Assembly (NCBI GenBank): GCA_963843845.1
Contig: CAWJMB010000002.1
Coordinates: 2,144,001 to 2,208,000, forward strand
Reading direction: 5' to 3'
DNA length: 64,000 nucleotides
Source of the DNA: an uncultured Gemmatimonadaceae bacterium
GTDB taxonomy: Bacteria > Gemmatimonadota > Gemmatimonadetes > Gemmatimonadales > Gemmatimonadaceae
This document shows, one piece after another, positions 39,112 through 50,619 of this stretch. The position numbers were made by a program, and so were the translations under genes. The notes beneath the pieces are model-generated. The model did not search any database. It worked only from the letters and a program-made list of their open reading frames with translations, and was not told the origin of the DNA. Within the stretch, counting starts at the first letter, position 1, and every line of letters starts with the position of its first letter.

Positions 39112-40854
39112 ATGGCGCCACCGCGCGCGGGTTCGGCGCTTTCGTTCGCGGTGCTGGCGGCCAGCTCCCTCGTCCTCCGGTCGCGCGCCGCCGACGCGCA
39201 GCCCGGGCGAGGCGCGTTCGAGGATGCGTCACTCCCGCAGCGGGGAGAGGTGCGGCTCCGCGTTCCGGTCCGATTCGACGGCACGCACGACCAGTTCGGA
39301 CGCGGCGACGCGTCGGGCGACAACGGGCGCGTGCCGCTGGGGTCCCGCCTCTCGGCAGATTCGCTCGGCGCGTCGCGCATCCCGGCGCTCGTGCCGACGG
39401 TATCGCTCCTCCGTGACAGCGTGGGCGTCGGCGGACTCGCGCTGTCGTTGGGCACCGTCGAGACCCGCGTGCGGACGTTGTATCTGACGCTCCCGCTCCA
39501 GTTCGAGCTCGGCGTCACGCGCCGTCTCTCGCTCGGCGCCATCGTGCCGCTCGTGCGGTCGCGCGCTGCGGTCGACGTCGTGACGAACCGCGGTGGGGCG
39601 ACCGGCAACCTCGGATTCAACCCCGCGAACGCGACGGCGTCGGGCTCGGCGAGCGCGGCGGCGACGACGCGCAACGCGCTCGTACAGGCGCAGCTCGGCG
39701 GCGCCGTCGACACCCTCGCGGCGCGCCTCGCCCGCTGCCCCGCGACGGCGACGTCCGGCACGCCCGGCGACTGTCTGCCGATCATCGCCGATCGCGGCGC
39801 GGCACAGCAGCTCGTGACGCGCACACGAACCGTCGCGCGCGGCGTCTCTCAGCTCTACGGCGGCACGACGGCGAGCGGCGGCACGCTGTTCGTCCCCGTG
39901 GTCGGATCGGATGCGCAGCTCGCGGTACAGCAGCGCCTACAGACGCTCGCAGGGCAGTTCGTCGCCTTCGGCGTCGCCGGGACGACGTTCGCGGCGCCGG
40001 CCGGTGCGACCTCGCGACTCGCCACACCGGGCCTGCAGCGCGTCCTCACGGAGGAGGCGTTCGGGATTCTCGCCGACACGGTGCGCACGCTCGAACGCGC
40101 AGCGATCGGCGACGTCGAGTTCGGCGCGAGCTTCATGTGGTTCGACTCCTTCGTCGACGACGGGGCCGTCCGTGCGCGCGGCACCCGTGTCCGCAGCACG
40201 GTCGGAGCATCGTATCGCGCGGCCACCGGGTCGATCTCCTTCCCCGCCACCGTGTTCGACATCCCCAGCGGTACCGGATCGGCGGCGATGCTGCTGCGCT
40301 CGGCGACCGACGTCTCGATGGGCCGCCGCGTGTGGGCGTCGCTCGTCGCGCGCGCCGAGGTACCGCTCGCGCGCGACGTGCTCGTGCGCGTGCCACTGGT
40401 CGCCGGCGAGGCGTTCTCGAGCCTCGACCGCGAGGCCGTCGTCGCCCGGACGCTCGGCCGCCAGCTGTCGCTGGAGGCGACCCCGCGGTGGACCCCGAAC
40501 GACGCGTTCGGCGCCTCGGCGCACTATGCCGTGCGCATCAAGCAGCGCGATCGGTACGAGATCCCGTCGGCCGCGGACGCTCCCGTCGCCAGCGCGGATC
40601 TGCTGTCCGCTGGCAGCGGCAGCACGGCGCACGTGGCCGGGTTCGGTCTGAGCTACTCGACGCTTCCCGCGTACACGGCGGGCCGCTCAGCACTCCCGAT
40701 GGACGTGAGCTACGTCCACACCTCGACGTTCGCCGCGAGCGGCGGGATCACACCTGCGACGCGCCGGGACGAGTTCGCCGTCCGGCTGTATTTCCACCTG
40801 CTCGGCGGTGGAACGCGACGCAGCGTGCGACCGTCGTCAGCGTCGCCGCGCTGA
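39112..40854 (+). CDS. Exported hypothetical protein, probable outer-membrane beta-barrel with helical insertion
   Basis: Signal peptide ending ADA-Q; alternating beta-strands (QFELGVTRRLSLGAIVP, IGDVEFGASFMWF, FAVRLYF). Confidence 0.6.
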   Translation: MAPPRAGSALSFAVLAASSLVLRSRAADAQPGRGAFEDASLPQRGEVRLRVPVRFDGTHDQFGRGDASGDNGRVPLGSRLSADSLGASRIPALVPTVSLLRDSVGVGGLALSLGTVETRVRTLYLTLPLQFELGVTRRLSLGAIVPLVRSRAAVDVVTNRGGATGNLGFNPANATASGSASAAATTRNALVQAQLGGAVDTLAARLARCPATATSGTPGDCLPIIADRGAAQQLVTRTRTVARGVSQLYGGTTASGGTLFVPVVGSDAQLAVQQRLQTLAGQFVAFGVAGTTFAAPAGATSRLATPGLQRVLTEEAFGILADTVRTLERAAIGDVEFGASFMWFDSFVDDGAVRARGTRVRSTVGASYRAATGSISFPATVFDIPSGTGSAAMLLRSATDVSMGRRVWASLVARAEVPLARDVLVRVPLVAGEAFSSLDREAVVARTLGRQLSLEATPRWTPNDAFGASAHYAVRIKQRDRYEIPSAADAPVASADLLSAGSGSTAHVAGFGLSYSTLPAYTAGRSALPMDVSYVHTSTFAASGGITPATRRDEFAVRLYFHLLGGGTRRSVRPSSASPR

Positions 40855-42564
40855 CGAGCGACGGGCGCTCGCCGGCGCGGTCGACGGGGCGCGCTCGCCG
40901 ACCGATGCGCTGTCGAGCAGCTCGCGCGCGTGCGCGCGGCTCACTTCGCTCTCCGGATCGCCGCCCAACATCCGCGCGACTTCGAGCACGCGCTCGTCGC
41001 CGTCGAGCACGCGAACGTCGGCGGTGGTCACCCCGCTCTTCGCGCCTTTCGCGACGAGGATGTGGTGGTGTGCACGAGCGGCGAGCTGCGGGAGGTGAGA
41101 GATCGCGAACACCTGATGGTGCTGCGCGACACGCCGCATCGTCTCGCCCACCATGAGTCCGACGCGCCCGCCGATCCCCGCGTCGACCTCGTCGAAGACG
41201 AGCGTCGGGACGTTGTCGAGCCGCGCGAGAATCGTCTTCAGCGCGAGCATCACGCGCGACAGCTCGCCGCCGGACGCCGCGCGCGACAACGGACGCGCGT
41301 CGTGCCCCGCGTTGAGCGCGACGCGGAACTCGACGTCCTCCGCGCCGTGCACGTTCGGCTCGGCGCGCGCGAGCAGCGTCGCCGCGAAGCGCCCTTCCGC
41401 CATGCCGAGGTCCGGCAGCACGGCCTCGACCGCCGTCGCGAGACGATCGGCGGCAACGCGGCGCAGCTCGGTGAGATGCACGGCGCTCGCGACCAGCTCG
41501 TCGCGCAGCGACGCCTCGCGCTGCTCCAGCGTGCGGAGATCGAGCCCGGCGGAGTCGACGAGATCGAGCTCGGCGCGCGAGCGTCGCCCCGTCTCCACGA
41601 CGTCGGCGAGCGAGGGCCCGTACTTCTTGCACAGACGGAACAGCACGTCGCGCCGCCGCTGCACTTCCGTGAGGCGCTCCGGGTCGAGGTCGACGCCGCG
41701 TTCGTAGTCCTCGAGCGCACGCGAGAGCTCCTCGAGCGCGTAGAACGCGCTGTCGTAGAGCTCCTGCAAGCGGGCGAGCGACGGGTCGATGCGCTCGAGG
41801 CTTCCGATCGTTCTGTGCAGGTGGCCGAGTCGCTGCAGGACCGCGTCCTCGTCGCCGTCGAGCAGCGCACTCCCGCCGCTGGCGAGCGACCGCAGCTCCT
41901 CGGCGTGCTCGAGCCGGCGCGCCTCGTCTTCCAGGCGCTCGTCCTCGCCGACGACCGGCCGCGCATCCTCGATCTCTCTCACGACGTGACGGAGATAGTC
42001 CTCGCGTCGCTGCGCCTCGACACGCCGCTCGTGCAGCGCCCGGATCTCGTCGCGAACTGCGCCTAACGATTCCGCGGCGACTCTCACCGCCTCTGCCTGC
42101 GCCGTCGCGCTGCCGAACAGGTCGAGGATGCGGCGCTGGGATTCTCCGTCGAGCAGCGTCTGCGCCTCGTGCTGGCCGTGCAGATCCACGAGCCGCCGGC
42201 CGATCTCGGCCAGCACACCCGCCGTCACCGTGGTCCCGTTGATCCAGGCGCGCGTCCGGCCGCCGGCGCTGATCTCGCGCTTCAACACGATCGCCGGCTC
42301 GTCGGCGTCGATCCCCCGCTCGTCGAGCGCCCGCGCGATCTCCGTGCGCCCGGCCACGTCGAACACGCCTTCGACCGAGGCGCGATCCGCGCCGGTGCGA
42401 ATGAGGTCGGCGCTCCCGCGCTCGCCGAGGAGGAGGCCCAACGCCCCGACGATGATCGATTTGCCGGCGCCCGTCTCGCCGGAGAGGACGTTGAACCCTC
42501 GCGCCAGCGGCAGCGTCAGCGATTCGATGATCGCGAAGTTCTTGATTCGGAGCTCGGTCAGCAT
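40837..42564 (-). CDS. recN: DNA repair protein RecN
   Basis: GETGAGKS, LHGQHE, ASGGELSR, FDEVDAGIGG, SHLPQ. Confidence 0.96.
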   Translation of the reverse strand: MLTELRIKNFAIIESLTLPLARGFNVLSGETGAGKSIIVGALGLLLGERGSADLIRTGADRASVEGVFDVAGRTEIARALDERGIDADEPAIVLKREISAGGRTRAWINGTTVTAGVLAEIGRRLVDLHGQHEAQTLLDGESQRRILDLFGSATAQAEAVRVAAESLGAVRDEIRALHERRVEAQRREDYLRHVVREIEDARPVVGEDERLEDEARRLEHAEELRSLASGGSALLDGDEDAVLQRLGHLHRTIGSLERIDPSLARLQELYDSAFYALEELSRALEDYERGVDLDPERLTEVQRRRDVLFRLCKKYGPSLADVVETGRRSRAELDLVDSAGLDLRTLEQREASLRDELVASAVHLTELRRVAADRLATAVEAVLPDLGMAEGRFAATLLARAEPNVHGAEDVEFRVALNAGHDARPLSRAASGGELSRVMLALKTILARLDNVPTLVFDEVDAGIGGRVGLMVGETMRRVAQHHQVFAISHLPQLAARAHHHILVAKGAKSGVTTADVRVLDGDERVLEVARMLGGDPESEVSRAHARELLDSASVGERAPSTAPASARRSSARRR

Positions 42565-42583
42565 GCGGCGATACGACGGCGTG

Positions 42584-43528
42584 CTACGTGGAGCGCCGCA
42601 GCGTGCGGGTGTCGACCTGTTCGTCGCGGTCGGCGAGCCCGCCCCAACCGAGCTTTCGGCGCAGGCGCGAGAAGAACGACGTCCCCGGAAACCGGACCAC
42701 GAGCACCGGCGAGTCGGCCCGCCGAATGACGAGTTGCTCGGCGGGGGCGAACTTCGTACCCACCTGGCCGTCGATCGTCACGAGGAGCTCGTCCGGACCG
42801 TCGAGCGCGCGCACGCGGACCGTCGCCGTCGGCGGCAGCACGAGCGGCCGCATCGCGAGCGTGTGAGGCGACACGGCGGCGACGACGATCGACTCGACGG
42901 TCGGCACGACGACCGGCCCGCCGGCGGAGAGCGAGTAGGCGGTGGAGCCGGTCGGCGTGGAGACGACCACCCCGTCCGCGCCGAACGCCCCGATCGCCTC
43001 GTCGTCGACCGAGACGTCGTAGCGCACGACGCGCGCGAATCCGCCCTTGTGCAGCACGACGTCGTTCAACGATCGCCACTCCATCCGCACGCGTCCGTCC
43101 GCGCCGATCGCACTCGTGCGCAGCGCCATGCGCGCTTCGGGCACGAAGTCCCCGGCCGCCAGCTTCCGCAGCGACTCGTCGAGCTCGCCGGGGCCGCAGC
43201 TCGTGAGGAACCCGAGGCGCCCGAGATTGACCCCGAGGATCGGCACCGCGCGCTCGCCGACGAGGCGGGCGCCCCGGAGCAGCGTGCCGTCCCCGCCCAA
43301 CGTCAGGAGCGCGTCGAGCGGCGTCGTCTCGTCGAGCGTCGTGGCGTCGTCGGCCGCCTGGTCGGCCAGCCCCGGTTCGAACGCCAGCGCGAGACCGAGC
43401 TGCGGCGCGAGCGTCCGGAGCGTCTGCATGATCTCGGGAAGGTCGACGTAATCGCGGTTCCCGACGACGCCGAGTCGCAGGCGGTCGCTCGTCGTATGCG
43501 ACGACGGCACCTCGGCAGCTTCACGCAC
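42584..43528 (-). CDS. nadK: NAD kinase
   Basis: LGGDGT, GVNLGRLGFL, LND, STPTGSTAYSLSAGG. Confidence 0.95.
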   Translation of the reverse strand: MREAAEVPSSHTTSDRLRLGVVGNRDYVDLPEIMQTLRTLAPQLGLALAFEPGLADQAADDATTLDETTPLDALLTLGGDGTLLRGARLVGERAVPILGVNLGRLGFLTSCGPGELDESLRKLAAGDFVPEARMALRTSAIGADGRVRMEWRSLNDVVLHKGGFARVVRYDVSVDDEAIGAFGADGVVVSTPTGSTAYSLSAGGPVVVPTVESIVVAAVSPHTLAMRPLVLPPTATVRVRALDGPDELLVTIDGQVGTKFAPAEQLVIRRADSPVLVVRFPGTSFFSRLRRKLGWGGLADRDEQVDTRTLRRST

Positions 43529-43545
43529 GTCAGCTCCGGCGACGT

Positions 43546-45447
43546 TCAGCCGGCGACCGCTTCGCTCTCGTGCAGCGCGCGCACGCGCTCGGCGATGCCG
43601 CTCGCATCGAGACCGCAGCGCGCGAGCTGCCGCTTGCGCGACGCCGCGTAGATGACGCGGTCGGGGACGCCGTGCGCGACGACGCGAACCCCGGGGTCGA
43701 TGCGCGCGACGACACTCGCCATGTACGCGCCGAATCCGTTGACCACCGTACCCTCCTCGACCACGAGGAGCTGCCGATGATCGGCGAGCAGCGCGGCGAG
43801 CGTGACTTCGTCGTACGGCTTCAGGAAGCGGCAGTTCACCACGGTGACGTCGAGCCCGTCCGCCGCGAGCGCCTCGGCCGCATCGAGCGCGTAGCGAACG
43901 AGCGTTCCGACGGCGAGGATCGCGACCGCCTGTCCCGACTGCGTTGCCTCACCGCTGCGGCGCACCACTTCCCACGTGCCGTACGGCACCGGGTCGATCT
44001 CGTTCATCGCCGGCACGTCATCGGGTGCCGAGTCGCGAGGATAGCGGAGCGAGAACGGGCCGCGATCCTGTTGCGTCGCCGTGCGGAGCAGCGCGAGCAT
44101 CTCGGTGCCGTCCTTCGGTGCGGTGACGGTCATGCCGGGGACCGCGAGCATGTACGGGATGTCGTACAGCCCCATGTGCGTCTCGCCGTCCTCGCCCACG
44201 AGCCCGGCACGGTCCATCGCGAACGTCACCGGAAGCTGCTGGATCGCGACGTCGTGCACGATGTTGTCGTACGCGCGCTGCAGGAACGTCGAGTAGATCG
44301 CGACGACGGGACGCAGCCCCCGCGTCGCGAGCCCCGCCGCGAACGTCACCGCGTGTCCCTCGGCGATGCCGACGTCGAAGAAGCGCTTCGGGTGGCGCTT
44401 CGCGAACTCCTCCGTCCCCGTTCCGCTCGGCATCGCGGCGGTGATCGCGACGACGCGATCGTCGAGCGTACCGAGGTCTGCGAGGCCGCGACCGAAGACC
44501 TTCGTGTACGTCGGCACCGAGGGGCCCGTCGACGTCACCTTGCCGGTGGCGGGATCGTGACCGGGCGGCAGGGCATGCCACTTCTCGCCGTGCGCGCCGG
44601 CCGGGAACCCGCGGCCTTTCTCGGTGATGACGTGCACGAGGCGCGGGCCCGTCATGTCACGCACCGCCGCGAACGTCTCGATCAACGCATCGACGTCGTG
44701 TCCGTCGATGGGGCCGAAGTAGCGGAACCCGAGCTCTTCGAACAGCACGCCGGGCGTGAAGAACGCCTTCGTGCTCTCCTCCCACTTCCGCAGAATGGTT
44801 CCCGCCACACCGGCCGCGTCGGCCAGCTCGCCGATCTTGCGACGCACGCGGTTGTAGAGCGGGTTGCGCTGCACCGACGTGAGGTACTTGTGCATCGCCC
44901 CGACATTGGGCGCGATCGACATCTCGTTGTCGTTCAGCACGACGATGATGTCGCACCCCGAGTCGCCGGCGTTGTTGAGCCCTTCGTACGCGAGCCCCGA
45001 GCCGAGCGAGCCGTCGCCGATCACCGCGACGACCTTGAACGCCTCGCCTCTGATGTCCCGCCCGGCGGCCATGCCTAACGCGGCCGAGATCGACGTCGCC
45101 GCGTGGCCGGCGCCGAACGCGTCGTACTCGCTCTCGGTGCGCTTGAGGAAGCCGGACACACCCTCCTCCTGCCGCAGCGTCTCCATCTGGTCGTTGCGGC
45201 CCGTGAGCAGCTTGTGCGGGTATGCCTGGTGTCCGACGTCCCACACCAGCTGATCACGCGGCGCGTCGAACACCTGGTGCAGCGCGACCGTCAGCTCGAC
45301 GACCCCGAGTCCCGCGCCGATGTGACCGCCGGTGCGCGAGCACACCGCGATGAGGCGCTCACGCATCTCCGCGGGGAGCGCGCGCAGCTCGTCGCGCGTG
45401 AGGCGCTTGAGGTCGGCCGGGGTGCGAATGCGATCGAGAACGGACAT
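43546..45447 (-). CDS. dxs: 1-deoxy-D-xylulose-5-phosphate synthase
   Basis: WDVGHQAY, GDGS...NDN, GIAEGHAV, YSTFLQRAYD, DRAGLVGEDG. Confidence 0.97.
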   Translation of the reverse strand: MSVLDRIRTPADLKRLTRDELRALPAEMRERLIAVCSRTGGHIGAGLGVVELTVALHQVFDAPRDQLVWDVGHQAYPHKLLTGRNDQMETLRQEEGVSGFLKRTESEYDAFGAGHAATSISAALGMAAGRDIRGEAFKVVAVIGDGSLGSGLAYEGLNNAGDSGCDIIVVLNDNEMSIAPNVGAMHKYLTSVQRNPLYNRVRRKIGELADAAGVAGTILRKWEESTKAFFTPGVLFEELGFRYFGPIDGHDVDALIETFAAVRDMTGPRLVHVITEKGRGFPAGAHGEKWHALPPGHDPATGKVTSTGPSVPTYTKVFGRGLADLGTLDDRVVAITAAMPSGTGTEEFAKRHPKRFFDVGIAEGHAVTFAAGLATRGLRPVVAIYSTFLQRAYDNIVHDVAIQQLPVTFAMDRAGLVGEDGETHMGLYDIPYMLAVPGMTVTAPKDGTEMLALLRTATQQDRGPFSLRYPRDSAPDDVPAMNEIDPVPYGTWEVVRRSGEATQSGQAVAILAVGTLVRYALDAAEALAADGLDVTVVNCRFLKPYDEVTLAALLADHRQLLVVEEGTVVNGFGAYMASVVARIDPGVRVVAHGVPDRVIYAASRKRQLARCGLDASGIAERVRALHESEAVAG

Positions 45448-45548
45448 GGCAGGGCGCGAGAGGCGAGGGCCGGGTCGAACGTCCAGCTATCAGAAGTTAC
45501 AACGGTGTGACGCCGCCGCGAGTTGCCGGCGTGTCGCGCCCGCAGACG

Positions 45549-46487
45549 CTAGGAGCGGCGGCTGATGCTGAACCGCGCGAGGTGCTCGAGCGTCACGGTG
45601 AGCAGACCGGCGTCGTCGAGCGCCCCACATGCGTCGTCGACGAGCGACGTCGCTCGCGCCATCGCGCCGTCGACGCCGAGGAGCGCGGGGTACGTGCTCT
45701 TGTGGAGCGCGACGTCCCGGCCGGCCGTCTTCCCGAGCTCGTCGGTCGTCGCCGTCACGTCGAGCACGTCGTCGACGATCTGGAATGCGAGGCCGACGTC
45801 GCGGCCATACCGCTGCAAGGCGCGCAACGCCTCGTCGCTCGCTCGCGCCGCGAGGCCGCCGACGACGGTCCCGGCGGCGATGAGTGCGCCGGTCTTCGCC
45901 GCGTGGATGCGCTGCAATCCGTCGAGCGAGAGCGACAGCCCCTCGGCTTCGAGGTCCAGGAGCTGTCCGCCGATCATCCCGCCCGCCCCTGCCGCGCGCA
46001 TCAGCTCGCGCACGATCGCGCTGACCTGCACGTCCGCGAGACCGAGACGCACCGCGGCATCGCGTGCGGCCAGCGCGGCGAGCGGGACCATCGCGACTCC
46101 GGCGGTCGTCGCCGCCGGCACGCCGTAGACGCGGTGCACCGTCGGCCGGCCGCGCCGGACATCGTCGTCGTCCATGCACGGCAGGTCGTCGTGCACGAGC
46201 GAGTAGGCGTGCACGACCTCGACGGCCGCCGCCAGCTCCGACACGTCGTCGACGCCGCCGGCCGACTCGTACGCCGCGACGACGAGCACCGGCCGCAGCC
46301 GCTTCCCCTCGCCGAGCAGGCTGTAGCGGATGCCGTCCGCCGCCGTCGGCTCGATGTCGGTGAGATAACGCTCGCAGAAGCCCGCCAGCGCGGCGTCGAC
46401 CCGCGAGCGCGTGGCCGCGAGCCAGGCGAGCACATCACCGGCGGACACAGTCGGCGTCGGCGCGTTCGGCATCGTCCGCGACCGCAT
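45549..46487 (-). CDS. ispA: Polyprenyl (farnesyl) diphosphate synthase
   Basis: GKRLRP, SLVHDDLPCMDDD, GQLLD, FQIVDDVLD. Confidence 0.92.
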   Translation of the reverse strand: MRSRTMPNAPTPTVSAGDVLAWLAATRSRVDAALAGFCERYLTDIEPTAADGIRYSLLGEGKRLRPVLVVAAYESAGGVDDVSELAAAVEVVHAYSLVHDDLPCMDDDDVRRGRPTVHRVYGVPAATTAGVAMVPLAALAARDAAVRLGLADVQVSAIVRELMRAAGAGGMIGGQLLDLEAEGLSLSLDGLQRIHAAKTGALIAAGTVVGGLAARASDEALRALQRYGRDVGLAFQIVDDVLDVTATTDELGKTAGRDVALHKSTYPALLGVDGAMARATSLVDDACGALDDAGLLTVTLEHLARFSISRRS

Positions 46488-46700
46488 TCAGCCGAGGAGC
46501 GGGGGCAGCTCGAACGTGCCGTCGGCGCGCTCGACGAGCAGCTTCACCTGGTGCTCGACGCGGGCCAACTCGGCCGACGCGGTCCGCAGTCGCTCGACGC
46601 CCTCCTCGAAGAGCGCGAGGGCGCGATCGAGTGGGAGCCCCTCCCCCTCGAGCTCGTCGACGATACGCTCGAGCCGCGCCAGGTCCTCCTCGAAAGTCAT
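46488..46700 (-). CDS. xseB: Exodeoxyribonuclease VII small subunit
   Basis: [18 protein letters not shown]. Confidence 0.92.
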   Translation of the reverse strand: MTFEEDLARLERIVDELEGEGLPLDRALALFEEGVERLRTASAELARVEHQVKLLVERADGTFELPPLLG

Positions 46701-48076
46701 GCGGACCGCGCCCTCGGCGACGTGTCTGACGTGTCTGCCGATTCGCGAACCGTCGCCGCGACCTCCCCGTCCGCGACCAGCAATCGGAACTCGGCGCCGG
46801 GCGCGAAGTGCGCGGCGCGCGACAGGGTGCGGCCGTCGGCATCGCGCGCGACCGAATACCCTCGCGCGAGCGTCGCCAGCGGACTGAGCGCGTGGAGGCG
46901 GCCGGCAGCGCGCTCGACGGTCGCGCGTCGGCGCTCGGCGGCGCGCTCGGTGGCCTCGCGGAGGTCGTCGTCGACCGCGGTCAGCGCGTCGCGCGCGAGC
47001 GCCGTGGCACGCAGCGCCGCGAGCGCGAGCGCGCGTGCGTGCTCGCGGACCTCGCCGACCAGCTCATCGAGCACGGGCACGACCGATTCCGCTGCGACCG
47101 AGGGCGTCGCGGCGCGGAGATCCGCGACGAGGTCACAGATCGTCACATCGACCTCGTGCCCGACGGCCGACACGATCGGAATGGGCGACGCCGCGACGGC
47201 GCGCGCGAGCGCCTCGTCGTTGAACGCCCAGAGATCCTCGCGCGCACCGCCGCCCCGGCCGATGATGATGACGTCGACGTCTCGCCACCGTAGGACGCGG
47301 GCGAGGGCGGCGCACAGGTCCTGCGCCGCACCCTCACCTTGCACCTTGGCTGGCACGACGACGATCTCGACGGTCGCGCAGCGCCGCCGCGCGACGGCGA
47401 CCACGTCGTGCAGCGCCGCACCGTCAGGGCTCGTGATGACGGCGATCCGGCGCGGGTAGCGGGGCAGCGGCCGTTTCCGGGCAGGATCGAGCAGCCCGTC
47501 CGCGTCGAGCCGAGCGCGCGTGCGCTCGAGCGCCTTGCGCCACAGGCCGTCCCCCTTCGCCTCGATCGCCCGGACGACGAGCTGCAGATCGCCGCGCGCC
47601 GCGTACACGGTCGGCTGGCCGAGCGCGGCCACCGCCATGCCGTCGTCGGGCGCGGCGGGAAGACGCTGCGTGTCGCGCGCCCACACGACACACCGCACCT
47701 GCGCGGTGCCGTCCCGCAAGGAGAAATACCAGTGTCCGTTGCGATGCGCCTTGAAGTCGCTCACCTCGCCGCGTACCCACAGCGGCATGAACGCGCCCTC
47801 GACGACGTCCTTCGCGGTCAGCGTGAGCGTCGCGACCGTCACGGCCGACCGCGGCGACGCGCCCGGAATGCCGCCGACCGCGACGTCGTCGACGAGCTCG
47901 TCGAGTGTCGCGAGCGCCTCCCCGTTAGGCACCAGCACGTCGGGCGCGCTGGTCGCGGCGATCGGCCGCCCGCCGCGTGCTGCCGCGACCGTCTGACGGG
48001 ACGGCGGGGCCGGCTCGGGCGGGAACAGATCGAGCGTCTCGGCGGCAGGCGATGCGAGGGTGCGACGGCGCGTCAC
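46697..48076 (-). CDS. xseA: Exodeoxyribonuclease VII large subunit
   Basis: [46 protein letters not shown] overlaps the folD stop. Confidence 0.94.
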   Translation of the reverse strand: MTRRRTLASPAAETLDLFPPEPAPPSRQTVAAARGGRPIAATSAPDVLVPNGEALATLDELVDDVAVGGIPGASPRSAVTVATLTLTAKDVVEGAFMPLWVRGEVSDFKAHRNGHWYFSLRDGTAQVRCVVWARDTQRLPAAPDDGMAVAALGQPTVYAARGDLQLVVRAIEAKGDGLWRKALERTRARLDADGLLDPARKRPLPRYPRRIAVITSPDGAALHDVVAVARRRCATVEIVVVPAKVQGEGAAQDLCAALARVLRWRDVDVIIIGRGGGAREDLWAFNDEALARAVAASPIPIVSAVGHEVDVTICDLVADLRAATPSVAAESVVPVLDELVGEVREHARALALAALRATALARDALTAVDDDLREATERAAERRRATVERAAGRLHALSPLATLARGYSVARDADGRTLSRAAHFAPGAEFRLLVADGEVAATVRESADTSDTSPRARSA

Positions 48077-48966
48077 GCGACGGCGGCGACCTCGCGCTCG
48101 CCCCGACGCCGGGCCGCGCGCAGCGTGTTCTCGAGTAGCATGGCGCGCGTCATCGGCCCCACCCCACCCGGCACCGGCGTGATCGCCGACGCGACCTGCG
48201 CCGCCGCGTCGAAGTCGACGTCGCCGACGAGCCGGGTCCCCGACTTCGTCGTCGCGTCGACCACCCGGTTCATCCCCACGTCGATGACGACGGCGCCGGG
48301 CTTGATCATGTCCCCTGTCACGAAGCGCGGGCGTCCGATCGCCGCGATCAGCACGTCCGCGCGGCGCGTGTGCTCCGCGACGTCGCGCGTGCGGCTGTGG
48401 CAGATCGTCACCGTCGCGTCGACGCCCGGCTGCACGAGCAGCGCCGCCATCGGCTTGCCGACGATGTTGCTCCGCCCCAACACGACGACTTCCGCACCGC
48501 GCAGATCGACCTTCGCCGCGCGCAGCATCTCCATGACACCTGCCGGCGTACACGGCGCGAATCCCGTCGGATCACCGACGTACGTCCGGCCGACGTTGAT
48601 CGGATGGAAGCCGTCGACGTCCTTCGCCGGGTCGATGCGGGCGATGACGGCCCCCGGATCGATCTGCGGCGGCACAGGCATCTGCACGAGAATGCCGTCG
48701 ACCGCCGTATCGGCGTTCAGCCGGTCGATGATCGCGAGCAGCTCGCGCTGCGTCGTCGACGCCGGAAGCCGGATCTGCTCCCCGCGCATTCCGACCTCTT
48801 CACAGTCCTTCGTCTTGTGGTGCACGTAGACGGCGCTCGCCGGATCGTCGCCGACGAGTACGACGCTGAGCCCCGGCACGATCCCCGCTGCGCGCAGCCC
48901 GGCCACCTCGACCGCCACGCGCGCGCGTACGGAGCGCGCGATCGACGCCCCGTCGATCAGGTGCAC
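48073..48966 (-). CDS. folD: Methylenetetrahydrofolate dehydrogenase/cyclohydrolase
   Basis: [34 protein letters not shown]. Confidence 0.96.
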   Translation of the reverse strand: MHLIDGASIARSVRARVAVEVAGLRAAGIVPGLSVVLVGDDPASAVYVHHKTKDCEEVGMRGEQIRLPASTTQRELLAIIDRLNADTAVDGILVQMPVPPQIDPGAVIARIDPAKDVDGFHPINVGRTYVGDPTGFAPCTPAGVMEMLRAAKVDLRGAEVVVLGRSNIVGKPMAALLVQPGVDATVTICHSRTRDVAEHTRRADVLIAAIGRPRFVTGDMIKPGAVVIDVGMNRVVDATTKSGTRLVGDVDFDAAAQVASAITPVPGGVGPMTRAMLLENTLRAARRRGEREVAAVA

Positions 48967-48970
48967 ACCC

Positions 48971-50572
48971 TCAGCGAGCAAAGTCCACCGCGCGCGTCTC
49001 ACGAATCACGACCACCTTGATCTGCCCTGGATACTGCAGTTCGGCTTCGATGCGCCGCGCGATCTCCTCGCTCAGCGCGGCCATCCGCACGTCGTCGACC
49101 TCGTCGGGCGTGACGACTATGCGCACCTCTCGCCCCGCCTGGATCGCGAACACGCGCTCGACTCCGCGGTAGCTCGCTGCGATCCGTTCGAGCCCCTCGA
49201 GACGCTTCACGTACGTCTCGAACGCCTCGCGCCGCGCGCCGGGGCGCGACCCGCTGATCGCATCGGCCGCCTGCACGAGCACCGATACCTCGCTCTCGTG
49301 CGGCACGTCGTCGTGGTGGGCCGCGATCGCGTTCACGACCAGCGGGTGCTCGCCATACTTCGTCGCCATCTCGACGCCGAGCTGCACGTGGGTCCCTTCG
49401 TGCTCGTGCGTCAGCACCTTGCCGATGTCGTGCAGCAGCGCTCCGCGCTTCGCCAGTGCCACGTCGAGCCCCAGCTCCGCGGCCATGATGCCGGCGAGCC
49501 AGGCGACCTCCTTCGAGTGCTGAAGGATGTTCTGCCCGTAACTCGTTCGCCACTTCATGCGGCCGATCAGCTTCAGGATCTCGGGGTGCAGCCCCGCGAC
49601 GCCCGTCTCGTACGCCGCCTGCTCACCCACTTCGAGGATGTTCTGATCGACCTCCGCGCGGGCCTTCGCGACGACTTCCTCGATGCGGCCGGGATGGATG
49701 CGTCCGTCGGCGACGAGCTTCTCGAGGGCGAGTCGCGCCACTTCGCGCCGCACCGGCTCGAAGCACGACACGACGACGGTGTCCGGCGTGTCGTCGATGA
49801 TGACGTCGACGCCGGTCGCCAGCTCGAACGCCCGGATGTTGCGCCCTTCGCGCCCGATGATTCGCCCCTTCATCTCGTCGTTCGGCAGCGACACGGCCGA
49901 CACGGTCGCTTCGGCGGTGTGCTCGGCGGCGATACGCTGGACCGCGAGCGCGACGATCTTCTTCGCTTCACGGTCGGCGTTGCGCCGGGCCGTCTCACGG
50001 ATCTCGCGAACCCGATTCGCCGCGTCCGCCTGCGCCGACTCTTCCATACGGCGGATCAGCTCCGCCTTCGCCTCGGGCGCCGAGAGCCCCGCCAGCTCCT
50101 CGAGTCGCCGCGTCGCCTCGCCTTCGAGGCGATCGAGCTCGCCGTTGCGCTCGTCGACGGTCTTCTCGCGTCGCCCGAGCTCGCCGGCACGCCGGCCGAG
50201 GTCGCGGTCGCGGAGGTCGAGCGCCTCACCGCGGCGGTCGAGCTGCCCCTCGCGCTCCTGCACCCGCCGCTCCTCGCGCTCGACGTCGTCGCGGCGGCGG
50301 CGGACCTCGGCGTCTTGCGACTCCCGGAGCTTCAGCAGCTCCTCCTTTCCGGCCACGATTGCGCTCTTCCGCAGCCCCTCGGCATCGCGCTCGGCCTCGC
50401 TGCGGATCCGCTGGGCGCTCTCTTCGGCCGTGGCCTGCGCGGCGCGCTGACGCTCGACCTCCTGCGTGCGCCCCATCGTGACGCCGGCGCCCCGACCGGC
50501 GACGAACGCGATGCCTCCGACCACGACGCAGACCAGCACTCCCAGCAGTGCCAGGATCGGCAGCTCAGGCAT
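48971..50572 (-). CDS. rny: Ribonuclease Y
   Basis: N-terminal TM segment, coiled coil, KH motif [15 protein letters not shown] motif [19 protein letters not shown]. Confidence 0.96.
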   Translation of the reverse strand: MPELPILALLGVLVCVVVGGIAFVAGRGAGVTMGRTQEVERQRAAQATAEESAQRIRSEAERDAEGLRKSAIVAGKEELLKLRESQDAEVRRRRDDVEREERRVQEREGQLDRRGEALDLRDRDLGRRAGELGRREKTVDERNGELDRLEGEATRRLEELAGLSAPEAKAELIRRMEESAQADAANRVREIRETARRNADREAKKIVALAVQRIAAEHTAEATVSAVSLPNDEMKGRIIGREGRNIRAFELATGVDVIIDDTPDTVVVSCFEPVRREVARLALEKLVADGRIHPGRIEEVVAKARAEVDQNILEVGEQAAYETGVAGLHPEILKLIGRMKWRTSYGQNILQHSKEVAWLAGIMAAELGLDVALAKRGALLHDIGKVLTHEHEGTHVQLGVEMATKYGEHPLVVNAIAAHHDDVPHESEVSVLVQAADAISGSRPGARREAFETYVKRLEGLERIAASYRGVERVFAIQAGREVRIVVTPDEVDDVRMAALSEEIARRIEAELQYPGQIKVVVIRETRAVDFAR

Positions 50573-50619
50573 GTTCGGATCTAGGCTCCACCGCGACGCC
50601 GGGCGCGCGACTGTGAGGT

